From positions 591-64,590 of the forward strand of contig NZ_DASPLO010000012.1 in assembly GCF_035627495.1 (NCBI RefSeq): a stretch of DNA of 64,000 nucleotides, read 5' to 3'. Shown piece after piece: positions 55,635 through 64,000 of the stretch. The notes under the pieces are model-generated. The model was not told the origin of the DNA, did no database searches, and was given only the letters and a program-made list of their open reading frames with translations. This DNA comes from Methylocaldum sp. (lineage in GTDB: Bacteria; Pseudomonadota; Gammaproteobacteria; Methylococcales; Methylococcaceae). Made by a program: the position numbers and the translations under genes. Positions within the stretch are counted from its first letter, which is position 1, and every line of letters begins with the position of its first letter.

Positions 55635-56104
55635 GGCGGCTTCTCCAGGGGCAAGTCCTTTTCGGCTTCTCCCGGCTTCGGCCAAAACCAGCCGATGAGC
55701 CCGATAGCCACGGGGATGCTTCCGCCGAATGCGGGCATACCGTTGGGGCGCCCCTGAATAATGGTGGCGAAGATATTCTGGGGTTCGCCGCCGTAAATCC
55801 ACTCATCGTCCATCAAAGGCGGCCCTATGCCGCCGCCACCGTGAAAATGGCAGCCCACGCAGTTGTACCAGGAGAACAGGCGCTTTCCTTCCGCCAAGGC
55901 ATAGGCGTTTGCCTCGTAGGGATTTGCTATCGCGGGGACCGGTGTCGGAGTCCCCGGCTGCAAATCGCTCAGGCGGATGGATTCGATGGCACTCGCAGCG
56001 GGCGGCGGCTCGCGGAAGCGACGCTCTTCACGTTCGCAGCCAATCAGAAGGAGAAGAACCGCAATCGGATTGGCTAATGCCGAGAACTTATCGACGATTT
56101 CCAT
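55631..56104 (-). CDS. c-type cytochrome downstream of xoxFJ (XoxG position)
   Basis: ATG at 56104 (MEIVDKF...). Haem motif CVGCH and the GRPNGMPAF Met ligand region. Confidence 0.7.
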   Translation of the reverse strand: MEIVDKFSALANPIAVLLLLIGCEREERRFREPPPAASAIESIRLSDLQPGTPTPVPAIANPYEANAYALAEGKRLFSWYNCVGCHFHGGGGIGPPLMDDEWIYGGEPQNIFATIIQGRPNGMPAFGGSIPVAIGLIGWFWPKPGEAEKDLPLEKPP

Positions 56105-56964
56105 TCCGACCGTCCCTTTCGGCTGGAAAGGCGGGTTCCGATCCTTGGCACGCCATAATCGTCGAGAATGGCTTCGATCTCTTTGCTCCTCCGCTCGATG
56201 ACGCGTTCCAGTTCGCGCCGTAGCCGTTTGTCGCCGTGCCGCACCCCCATCGCGATATCGAATACGAAGGGAAGAGACCGGTCGGCCGATGGCGAGACGG
56301 GTACGACAGCGAGCGGAACCGCTTGCCTTTTCGCAAAGTAACCCGCCAAAGGTCCCCATACGATGGCTATGTCGATATCGCCCGCCACCACTGCATCGAT
56401 GATCCTGGCCGGCGGATTTTCCTGTGAGTAATCGCCATACACGGTATAACCGACCACGTTGTTGATGATCTTCCGGCTGGTCAGGGCATGGGCCGGCGGC
56501 GTATTGGCAAAGTCGTCGCCGACGATTTGCACGCCGATCCTGACATCGTGCAACGCAGGATCGTTGAAGGAGCGAATGTTCAGTCCCGAGTCCCGGCGGT
56601 AGACGAACACATAGCTGGACCGATAGTACGGCGTCGTCGTCAGCGTAGGTGCGAAATCGCTCGGGACACCGAGAACCACGTCGCACTGGTGGGATTTGAG
56701 CGTGTTGCGGATAAAGCCGCGGCGCTGCACCCACCAGGTGTACTTGACTTCGGCGTTCAGATCATGGGCGATGAGATTGCCGATTTTGTTCTCGAAGCCT
56801 TCCTGTTTTTGGTTGGAAAAAGGCAGGTTGTTAGGGTCCGAGCAGATGCGGAGCGCGCGCTTTGGAAGATCATCGTTCACCGCCGCAATAGCCGCGGCGG
56901 GCCAAAACGCCCAGAGCAAGGCCAGCACCGAGAAAAACCCGGATCTACGGCAACGCGAAAACAT
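56074..56964 (-). CDS. xoxJ: MxaJ/XoxJ-like periplasmic binding protein associated with quinoprotein dehydrogenase
   Basis: LRICSDPNNLPFSN, YYRSSYVFV, and DIAIVWGPLAGYFA are typical of the MoxJ family. Immediately follows xoxF. Confidence 0.75.
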   Translation of the reverse strand: MFSRCRRSGFFSVLALLWAFWPAAAIAAVNDDLPKRALRICSDPNNLPFSNQKQEGFENKIGNLIAHDLNAEVKYTWWVQRRGFIRNTLKSHQCDVVLGVPSDFAPTLTTTPYYRSSYVFVYRRDSGLNIRSFNDPALHDVRIGVQIVGDDFANTPPAHALTSRKIINNVVGYTVYGDYSQENPPARIIDAVVAGDIDIAIVWGPLAGYFAKRQAVPLAVVPVSPSADRSLPFVFDIAMGVRHGDKRLRRELERVIERRSKEIEAILDDYGVPRIGTRLSSRKGRSEWKSSISSRH

Positions 56965-58804
56965 AGAGCATCCCTCCCCGCGTCGTATGCTCCGGCAAAT
57001 CCTTCATGGCGTTGACGAATCCCAGCGCGCCCGTGCCGTCGCGCGGGTCGAGGCCGGCGGCAACGATAGCCCCCGACCAGCCGCCGACGCCGGACAGAAT
57101 CGCCACATACTGCTTGCCGTCGGGCCCTCGGTAGGTGATCGGTTGACCGATAATCCCGGAGCCGCACTTGAACCGCCACAGCAACTCGCCGGTCCAGGCG
57201 TTCACCGCCTTGAACCAGCCTTCCATTGTCCCGTAGAACACCACGTCGCCCGCCGTTGCCAAGGCGCCGCTCCAAACCGGAAACTTCTCCTTGATCTTCC
57301 AGACCGCCTTAGCCGCAACAGGGTCCCAGGCGGTGAACTCACCCCGGTGTCCACCCGGACCCGCGTACATCCGGACATTAGCGCCGACGTAAGGCGTGCC
57401 GGCAATGTAGTTGGCCTCGATGCCCTCTTCGTCCATGCACATGTTCTGGTGCGGAATGTAAAGCCAGCCGGTTTTCGGGGAATAGGCCGAGGGCTGCCAG
57501 TCCTTGCCGCCGGGCGCCGTAGGGCAAATGTCGTGCACGACGGTGTTGAACCGGGGCGTTTTCTCATGCACCTCGATCGGACGCCCGGTTTTCAGGTCGA
57601 CGCCCTTGGTCGTCGTGATGTGCACGAAGGGCGTGGCGGACAGCACCTCGCCGGTGGTGCGGTCGAGCACATATACATAACCGTTCCGCTCCGGATGAAC
57701 CAGGACTTTCCGCATCTGCCCGGCGATGGGGAGGTCCAGCAAAACGTTCTCGTTGACACCGTCGTAGTCGTAAAGGTCGTGCGGGCTCCACTGGTAAAAC
57801 CAGTGGGCTTCGCCCGTGTCCGGATTGCGCGCGAAAACTCCCGCCGTCCACTTGTTGTCGCCGGGGCGCTGCTCGGGATTCCACGGCCCGGGATTGGCCG
57901 TGCCGTGATAGATCAGATTCAGCGCGGGATCGTAGGAAATGAAACCCCACACGGTGCCGCCGCCGATTTTCCATGCCTCGGGCGGCCATGTCGCAACGCC
58001 CAGATTCTGCCCTTGGTCATGTCGGTAAAACGGCTTGAAGTTGGGGCCGATCAGTACATCCTTATCGGGTCCCGTGGAATACGCCTTCCAGACGACATGG
58101 CCGTTGTTCGCATCAAGCGCCGTAAGCCAGCCGCGCACGCCGAATTCGCCGCCGCTGTTCCCCACCAGCACCTTGTTCTTCACGACCAGCGGCGCCATCG
58201 TAATGGATTCGCCCAGGTTGATATTGCCGATCCGGGTTTTCCAGACTTCGTTGCCGGTCTTGGCATCGACCGCCACGGTCTGTCCGTCGAGCGTATTGAA
58301 GAAAATTCTTTCATTCGAGTACACCGCCCCGCGATTCACGACATCGCAGCATGCCAGCCCTTGAGCCGCGGATAGCGGTTTCGGCTCGTACTTCCATTTG
58401 AGGGGCCCACCCGGCCGGGTCAAATCCAGAGCGTAGAGGATGTTCGGGTAAGGAGTCACGATGTACATCGCGTTATCGGCCACGATGGGCGCGGCCTCAT
58501 GGCCGCGGGACACGCCGGTGGAGAAGGTAAAACTCAGTCGGAGATCATGGACGTTTTCGGCCTTGATTTGATCGAGGGCGCTGAAACGGGTGTTGGCGTA
58601 ATCCTTGGCCGAAATAAGCCATCGCCCGTCTTCGTCGGACGCTTTTTGCAAAGCAGTGACCGGAGGCCCGGTGTTTTGGGCGAATACCGTTCCTCCGGAT
58701 AACAGAACCAGTAGAAACGCGGGAAAGATTATCAGCAGGAGGAACCGATCGGTGCACCGGTTATGAAAAGATGGTGAACACGTTCTCCCCGACTTTTGCA
58801 TCAA
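56945..58804 (-). CDS. xoxF: PQQ-dependent methanol/ethanol dehydrogenase, XoxF (lanthanide) type
   Basis: Eight-blade PQQ propeller with the vicinal CC (GLACCDVVNRG). The DYD motif (HDLYDYDGVNE) carries the extra Asp that distinguishes XoxF from MxaF (DYA). Confidence 0.9.
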   Translation of the reverse strand: MMQKSGRTCSPSFHNRCTDRFLLLIIFPAFLLVLLSGGTVFAQNTGPPVTALQKASDEDGRWLISAKDYANTRFSALDQIKAENVHDLRLSFTFSTGVSRGHEAAPIVADNAMYIVTPYPNILYALDLTRPGGPLKWKYEPKPLSAAQGLACCDVVNRGAVYSNERIFFNTLDGQTVAVDAKTGNEVWKTRIGNINLGESITMAPLVVKNKVLVGNSGGEFGVRGWLTALDANNGHVVWKAYSTGPDKDVLIGPNFKPFYRHDQGQNLGVATWPPEAWKIGGGTVWGFISYDPALNLIYHGTANPGPWNPEQRPGDNKWTAGVFARNPDTGEAHWFYQWSPHDLYDYDGVNENVLLDLPIAGQMRKVLVHPERNGYVYVLDRTTGEVLSATPFVHITTTKGVDLKTGRPIEVHEKTPRFNTVVHDICPTAPGGKDWQPSAYSPKTGWLYIPHQNMCMDEEGIEANYIAGTPYVGANVRMYAGPGGHRGEFTAWDPVAAKAVWKIKEKFPVWSGALATAGDVVFYGTMEGWFKAVNAWTGELLWRFKCGSGIIGQPITYRGPDGKQYVAILSGVGGWSGAIVAAGLDPRDGTGALGFVNAMKDLPEHTTRGGMLYVFALP

Positions 58805-58997
58805 GCCTCCTGCTGAAATGCCCTCTCCTTTCGCTTGTATCGGGAAATGCGGTTTTAATTTATGACATGTCTGAAACAGAGGGAGTTCCTACGGGCGAGA
58901 AACCTTGGGAGGAGCATTTCGGGCAGCGCGGAACTGAGTTCGGTTGCGTCGATATTTCCGAATTCGACCAGGTAGATCTGCTTCCGGTGGCATCGCG

Positions 58998-59025
58998 CAA
59001 AAAATACCCCGCCGCAGCGGGGTAT
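58998..59025 (-). terminator. rho-independent terminator after the BON gene
   Basis: On the minus strand: TACCCCGC-TGCG-GCGGGGTA followed by TTTTTTG. Confidence 0.7.
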
Positions 59026-59107
59026 GAAGCCAAAACGGATAAGCTTTCGGCTTAATTCGGATTTGCCGCCCTTCTACATTTTCCCGTCGAAAGAACAAAC
59101 AAAGCGA

Positions 59108-59515
59108 TCACGGGGCATTGATTTCCAATTGATTATCAACCTGCTTGACGCCGGCTACTTTACGGGCAATCGATTCCAGCTTTTGTTTTTCCGCCTGATT
59201 TTCGACGGGGCCACGCAAGGTTACGAGTCCGTTACGGGTGATAATCTTCGCATTGCGCGCGTTGAGCGAGAGAGATTTGTCTTTGACGATTGACTTTCGT
59301 ATTGCGGCCGTGATCTTTACATCGCCGCGAGTCTCCTTTTGATCTTCGGGCGTCAAAGTGGCGTCGCCACGATCGCGCACATTCCTTCCCGTATCGTCCA
59401 CGTCCGTATCGGCGGGCGGAGAATAGGGCTTTGCCTCTTCGGCCTGGACGATGCCGGCCATAAGTATCAAACCGATCGTCAAGGCGAAGGTGCTTGGCAA
59501 TAATCGTATCGACAT
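59108..59515 (-). CDS. BON-domain (OsmY-like) periplasmic protein
   Basis: Signal peptide, then VKITAAIRKSIVKDKSL...ITRNGLVTLRGPVENQAEKQKLESIARKVAGVKQVDNQLEI. Confidence 0.75.
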   Translation of the reverse strand: MSIRLLPSTFALTIGLILMAGIVQAEEAKPYSPPADTDVDDTGRNVRDRGDATLTPEDQKETRGDVKITAAIRKSIVKDKSLSLNARNAKIITRNGLVTLRGPVENQAEKQKLESIARKVAGVKQVDNQLEINAP

Positions 59516-59711
59516 CGAGATCTCCTTATCTTGTCGTCTTGATACCCTAAATTAGAACGACGCACCAACCTTACAAATAAGCTTGAATGCATATGTAGAG
59601 CTTCTTAATTCCGGAGCCGCGAAGGAGTAAGAAAAATTTCCTGGCAGGGCCACGCCAAAGGCAAAAAGAGACCCGCTAAAACTGGATCAGGACTTGTAAA
59701 AGCCCGGGCTT

Positions 59712-59936
59712 TCAGCTCAGTTCTGAAACGCCACGGGTCAACCCGGCCCGCCGTCGAAACGCCGCCTCGCTCTCGTCCTGACCTCTTTTGACGTCCAGAT
59801 AGGGGAAGCATCCCGCTTGACGGCAGATGATGCGGCGTAGCCCGCTGCTGTCGTAAATTAGCCGGGTAATCCGCATGGGCGTAGCTTGGCTGTTTTGCCT
59901 CTCCTGGGCGGCAATGTGCGGTTCATGTCGGTTCAT
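59712..59936 (-). CDS. hypothetical 74-aa protein
   Basis: The ORF ends exactly at the palindrome AAAGCCCGGGCTTT (59699-59712). No similarity recognised. Confidence 0.3.
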   Translation of the reverse strand: MNRHEPHIAAQERQNSQATPMRITRLIYDSSGLRRIICRQAGCFPYLDVKRGQDESEAAFRRRAGLTRGVSELS

Positions 59937-60595
59937 TTCCGTTGCTCCAACAGGTTAACACGACCCTCAATCGAAGCCTTTTACTGCTCATCTACTCCAC
60001 CTCGGCAGTGAGTTCAGTGTTCATTTTGATCGCGAAAAGAGCTGCTTGGTTTCCAAAAGTCATTCACGCTCAAATCGATCCCGCCGTCTGCCCGATTCGG
60101 TACCGAACAGCGCCCGATAAACCGCACCGAGAGTGCGCTGGTTTACACAGACAGCTCGGCCGATCGTCTGACTAAGACCGTAATACTAAACCTCCAAAGA
60201 TCTCTGCCCAATACCGCAATCATCGTGAGTTGACGGCAGTTGCGGAACCGGTATTTCGCCTGCATCGGAGATACCGGAATGGTAGCCGATATGAGCGTGA
60301 AATACCGTTCGGCTGACGAACGACGAATGTCGCCATTGGACTAAGGGCCAAGGACATGGGACGGCCTTTAACTAAGGTATGTCCGAATCGCTGACGCGTT
60401 GGACAAGACGTTATTCATAATTTATCAGGTACGCCAAGCCTTTGTGAAACACGGAAAAAAAGGCCACTCAATAGCCTGTGATTGAATAACGAATAATAGA
60501 TTAAATCCTTTTTTACAAGGCGTACGACCATCGGTCATTAGGTATATCCTTGAGTACGCCACTAAGCCGAGATCACGTGAATCGACCGGTTGCCA

Positions 60596-60632
60596 ATAAA
60601 AAAACCCGGCCAAGGTGGAGCCCGGCCGGGTT
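60596..60632 (-). terminator. rho-independent terminator (minus strand)
   Basis: On the minus strand: AACCCGGCC-N12-GGCCGGGTT followed by TTTTTTTATT. Confidence 0.6.
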
Positions 60633-60789
60633 GTATCGCGTGCCGAAAGCAACTGTAAGGAGTTGAATCGCGACAGTTTCAGCTTAGACCAGTTCTGCCA
60701 GGTGGCAACCCGAACAAGTGCAAATACGGATTCACCTACGGGTGGGGGATCTCACGCACTTTGTAAATCAGGATATTAACGGACTCTGA

Positions 60790-60814
60790 GCCCCGATTCA
60801 TTCGGGGCTTTTTT
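60790..60814 (+). terminator. rho-independent terminator (plus strand)
   Basis: GCCCCGA-TTCAT-TCGGGGC followed by TTTTTT. Confidence 0.65.
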
Positions 60815-60827
60815 GCCGTTGGTTCAG

Positions 60828-60853
60828 CCAAAAGAAACCCCGCCGAAGCGGGG
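60828..60853 (-). terminator. rho-independent terminator of the 60929..61330 gene
   Basis: On the minus strand: CCCCGC-TTCG-GCGGGG followed by TTTCTTTTGG. Confidence 0.65.
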
Positions 60854-60928
60854 AATTCCCGGACTAGCCACGGTGGACAGCGGAGGTTGGCCCGCGGCCC
60901 CCCAGGTCCTGAGCCGGGTGATTTCTGC

Positions 60929-61330
60929 TTATCTATTCTTGCCTTGGCCTCGACCTCCTCTGCCCGAGCCGGCGTCGTCAGTCGTACCTCGCAGGCTCTT
61001 CCTTTCCTCGCGCAACTCTCGGTACTGGTCTTGGTAACCGCCACGTTCCTCCGGCGTCATGAGAGATCCACGGCCACCTTCCATCTCACTCGGACGCGCG
61101 CCCTCCCTTCCGACTCCCCTGTCCCTTGCACGCTCTTGAACCTCGTCGCGGTACTCTTGCTGGAGGCCCTTTCGATCCTGTCGCAGCTCCTGGTACTGCT
61201 CCTGGTATTGTCCGCCCTGCGGCTTATCGACATTCGGACCGTTGCCGCCATCCTTTCTCGCCCAAACTTCGTCAGCCATTAAGGCGGAAAATCCGAATAA
61301 CATCGCAAAAATAGCGTTCTTGCATTTCAT
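60929..61330 (-). CDS. small secreted low-complexity (Q/E/R/G-rich) protein
   Basis: ATG at 61330 gives the signal peptide MKCKNAIFAMLFGFSALMA. Repeated QEQYQELRQDRKGLQQEYRDE and QDQYRELREERK motifs follow. Confidence 0.5.
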   Translation of the reverse strand: MKCKNAIFAMLFGFSALMADEVWARKDGGNGPNVDKPQGGQYQEQYQELRQDRKGLQQEYRDEVQERARDRGVGREGARPSEMEGGRGSLMTPEERGGYQDQYRELREERKSLRGTTDDAGSGRGGRGQGKNR

Positions 61331-61529
61331 CTCGTTCGCGTCCTCTACTGATGGTTGACCACACGTTCGGCTGCCTTTGCGCGCAGCCCGGCGTGAAAAA
61401 ACTTGCGCAGCCTCTGCCACGGATATGGCCGGGGTTTTATTGTGCCAACAGATCCGCCAAGGCGAAAGCCGATAACGCAGCGGCTACGAAGGGCTTGTCA
61501 TTCGAGCAAGGAACCCTGACCATGCCGCC

Positions 61530-62426
61530 ATGAGATTGCTGTTGATCCTCTGTCTGGCGCTGGTCCCGCGAAATCCGGCCGCGGCTCAGGTACCGGGTGT
61601 CACTCAGGAGCCGGCCCGGCAAATCGGAGGGGTTCCCGTCTCGCTCTGGACCTATCCAAGCGATGGGCTGAAGGTGAGGGGCTTGCTGTTTCTGCCCCGC
61701 ACCAAGGACAAGCTGCCGCTGGTTCTCTTCAACCATGATGGCGTGTCGGGCATTTCGAAGGAGCACATGCGGGCTTGCGCGCGTCTGGCGCGAGCCGGCT
61801 ATGTTGTGTTTGCCCCGTCCTATCGCGGCGAGGACGGTTCGGAAGGATTCATCGAGGTGGCCGCCGGCGAAGTGCGTGATGTGCTGAACGTTCTGCCGCT
61901 GCTGGCCCGGGTACCTGGTATCGACGGCGGGCGTGTAGCCCTGGTCGGCCTCTCGCACGGTGCCTTGATCAGCGTGTTGGCGGCTGCCCGGCAGCCCGAA
62001 ATTGATGCCGTGGTGGCAGCCGATGGCGTGATGGACATCTACGGCTGGTGGCGCTATCTCCAGCAAACCGGCACGTTGGGCCAAGACAATTTGACCCAGC
62101 GGGTTTACGGAGACGGCCCGGACGACAAGCCGCTAGCCTTCTCAACCCGCCACGCATTGGCGCAGATTCCAAAGTTGAAAGCGCCGGTGTTGATTCTACA
62201 CGGCGACCAGGACGACATCGTGCCTGCCGAACAGGCCCTTACGTTCAAGGCCGAATTGGACAGGGCTGGAGTTCCGGCCATCGTGAAGGTCTATCCCCAC
62301 TGTGGACATGGGTTCCTGGTCTATGTGCCTTACCTCCAGGATGGCGTGGCTCCCGCGGAGTGCACCGAGGCCGAGCAAGCCTGGCAAGCAGTCCTGGCCT
62401 TCCTCAAGGAGCACCTCAAATCTTGA
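61530..62426 (+). CDS. secreted alpha/beta hydrolase (dienelactone hydrolase / S9 peptidase-like)
   Basis: Signal peptide, nucleophile elbow GLSHGA, and C-terminal LILHGDQDDIVP and HCGHGF. Confidence 0.75.
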   Translation: MRLLLILCLALVPRNPAAAQVPGVTQEPARQIGGVPVSLWTYPSDGLKVRGLLFLPRTKDKLPLVLFNHDGVSGISKEHMRACARLARAGYVVFAPSYRGEDGSEGFIEVAAGEVRDVLNVLPLLARVPGIDGGRVALVGLSHGALISVLAAARQPEIDAVVAADGVMDIYGWWRYLQQTGTLGQDNLTQRVYGDGPDDKPLAFSTRHALAQIPKLKAPVLILHGDQDDIVPAEQALTFKAELDRAGVPAIVKVYPHCGHGFLVYVPYLQDGVAPAECTEAEQAWQAVLAFLKEHLKS

Positions 62427-62479
62427 AACCGTCTTTGAAATTGCGGGAATGATCCCGAAGAATCGGCGCGAGGGGCATT

Positions 62480-62725
62480 ATGGCGAACAAATGCGGCATC
62501 AAGCTGCGATACCCGGTGAAGATCGTGGTAATCAACGATGACGGTTCGAGCACCGATGGCCCCGTCATTGACGATGCCGGGACGCTGAGTGAGGCCGTCG
62601 CAATGGCTGAGCGTCAGGGATTCCATCCACGAGATAAAAGCGACGGCGGAAATAGCCGGTTGCTCGTTAATCGCGGAAGCGATTTAGGACAAGGTTATTT
62701 CGTAGTTACTGTTTATCCCGATTAA
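62480..62725 (+). CDS. hypothetical 81-aa protein
   Basis: ORF only. No motif recognised. Confidence 0.3.
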   Translation: MANKCGIKLRYPVKIVVINDDGSSTDGPVIDDAGTLSEAVAMAERQGFHPRDKSDGGNSRLLVNRGSDLGQGYFVVTVYPD

Positions 62726-62781
62726 GGATTTCCCGAAAACTCGTCAGGCGGCACCCTTTCGGCTTTCTAGTTTCGGTACCA

Positions 62782-62859
62782 TAGGCTGAGTTGGTAAACC
62801 CAGCTATTATCCTAGCCTGGAAAGGTTATCGCTTGGGTTTCGTTCCTAAACCCAGCTAC
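62782..62859. repeat. REP-like units of the GTAGCTGGGTTT..AAACCCA type
   Basis: TAGGCTGAGTTGGTAAACCCAGCTA and GCTTGGGTTTCGTTCCTAAACCCAGCTAC. Same family as the unit at 23959-23987. Confidence 0.65.
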
Positions 62860-62896
62860 CGGGCTGCCGGCGATGAGACCGATCTTAATAATAATG

Positions 62897-63766
62897 TCAC
62901 TCAATATTCTGCGTCTGCTCCCGCATTTGCTCGATCAGCACCTTCATTTCGACCGAAGTTTTGGTCGTTTCGGCATCGGCGGATTTGGAGCCCAGGGTGT
63001 TGGCTTCGCGGTTCATTTCCTGAAGTAGAAAATCGAGGCGCCGGCCCACCGGCTCTTTTTGGCGCAAGGCTCGCGTGACTTCGTCGACATGGGCGTTGAG
63101 CCGGTCCAACTCTTCGTCGACGTCCAGTTTCTGCGCGAGATAAACCATTTCCTGCTCCAGCCGGTCGGAGTCCGGATTGGCGGATATCTCGGCCAACCGC
63201 GCGACGATCTTCTGCCGGATGGATTGCAAGACTTCCGGCATCCGCGCCCGCGCCGCCGCCACGTGCTCTCTCAGTTTGAAACAGCGTTCTTCCAATAAAA
63301 CCGCCAGTTGACGCCCTTCGTTTTCCCGTACGGCGATGGCTTGCTTTAGGACGGCGGTCAAAAGGTCGAGAACTTCCGCCGCCAGTTGTTCCCGGTCGGC
63401 CTCCGGCTCGTGCAGGGCGCCCGGCCATTTCAAGACATCGAGAGCGCTGAAGCCGACCAGCGGCCGATCGCTCAGATCGTCCACTTCGCGGGCGGCGGCC
63501 AATAATTTGGCCACCAGGTCGCGATACACGCGGATGTCGGCGCCGCCTTCGGTGCTCTTTTTGCACGACAAGGTGCAATCCAGACGGCCTCGATTGATGA
63601 GCGAACCGATGCGGCTGCGGGCGGCCGGCTCCAGAAAACGGAAGGCATCCGGCAAACGCAGGGAAAGATCGAGGTACCGGTGGTTGACCGAACGGACCTC
63701 CCAAGTGAAAAGCCAGCCCTGAATTTCTCGTTCGCCGCTGGCGAAAGCGGTCATGCTGCGGATCAT
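62897..63766 (-). CDS. yicC: YicC-family stress-induced protein
   Basis: MIRSMTAFA, VNHRYLDLSLRLP, and the C-terminal EMNREANTLGSKS...KVLIEQMREQTQNIE. Confidence 0.85.
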   Translation of the reverse strand: MIRSMTAFASGEREIQGWLFTWEVRSVNHRYLDLSLRLPDAFRFLEPAARSRIGSLINRGRLDCTLSCKKSTEGGADIRVYRDLVAKLLAAAREVDDLSDRPLVGFSALDVLKWPGALHEPEADREQLAAEVLDLLTAVLKQAIAVRENEGRQLAVLLEERCFKLREHVAAARARMPEVLQSIRQKIVARLAEISANPDSDRLEQEMVYLAQKLDVDEELDRLNAHVDEVTRALRQKEPVGRRLDFLLQEMNREANTLGSKSADAETTKTSVEMKVLIEQMREQTQNIE

Positions 63767-63854
63767 AGGAAATCTTGCTTTATACTGATTAAGTTGGAAG
63801 TTGGGCTTACGCATTTACCTCCTTCTCGCCGATCTCAAAATTCCCTCACCCTAG

Positions 63855-63875
63855 CCCTCTCCCAGGAGGAGAGGG
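63855..63875. repeat. REP-like hairpin
   Basis: CCCTCTCC-CAGGA-GGAGAGGG within TCCCTCACCCTAGCCCTCTCCCAGGAGGAGAGGGGAC. Confidence 0.55.
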
Positions 63876-64000
63876 GACTAAAGGCGGCTCTGCGTAAATC
63901 CTGATCAGAAAAATTTGAATGTTAAGCTGAATCACCCCCATGCGGAAACCCTGGCCAGCCTCTTCGGACAAGCCTCCGAAGGAGTGGTATTTTTTGAAAT

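Noticed and set aside
59942-60420. Broken minus-strand frames resembling an HTH regulator or transposase remnant (…LVRRSAELSV*TSALSVRFIGR…).
   Set aside because: Interrupted by stops, with no diagnostic motif. I cannot support a call.
1-64000. I scanned for CRISPR arrays, rRNA genes and tRNA genes.
   Set aside because: No regularly spaced direct repeats, no rRNA-like conserved blocks, and no cloverleaf/TPsiC (GGTTCGAAT-like) candidates were noticed. A tRNAscan/Infernal run would be needed to exclude small RNAs formally.

Overview
High-GC (about 60% or more by eye) proteobacterial chromosome segment. The der-bamB-yfgM-hisS-pilW-rlmN-ndk synteny suggests a gammaproteobacterium, and the xoxF-xoxJ-cytochrome c cluster suggests a methylotroph or methanotroph; both are inference. 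Left end (1-6.4 kb): an oxyanion porin, then a tightly translationally coupled molybdate operon (modA, an unlisted 59-aa ORF, a tandem-TOBE molbindin, modB, modC, modE). 6.5-12.8 kb: a long arsenic island (arsR, arsC, arsD-CMD fusion, arsA, arsI-like, arsC, acr3, methyltransferase). 12.8-41.7 kb: a mosaic accessory zone. It holds a decayed CoA-disulfide-reductase/rhodanese gene, an AT-rich islet with a frameshifted NdpA/YejK-like gene coupled to a 3-TM protein, orphan secreted proteins, a RES-toxin remnant, an IS630 remnant, and an ECF42-type sigma factor with DGPF/YciI partners. It also holds a PAS histidine kinase, a complete Gram-negative stressosome (globin-RsbR, RsbS, RsbT, RsbX, PAS-PP2C), a giant DUF4062-like STAND NTPase with an in-frame amber codon, an intact Xre-RES toxin-antitoxin pair, and a 5'-truncated modE copy surviving as a single Mop ORF. 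Two nested pairs of direct repeats (modE / modE remnant, and RES 3' end / RES remnant) bracket this zone. Right end (41.7-64 kb): core genes, namely an acyl-AMP ligase-ACP-PlsC fusion, der, bamB, yfgM, hisS, pilW, rlmN, ndk, iscA, iscS, iscR, gmk, the cytochromes and xoxFJ, a BON protein and yicC. Several REP-like hairpin clusters are present. I saw no rRNA, tRNA or CRISPR array. The best candidates for something undescribed are the amber-interrupted STAND gene (35.4-39.9 kb) and the NdpA-like plus membrane-protein pair (14.5-17.0 kb).
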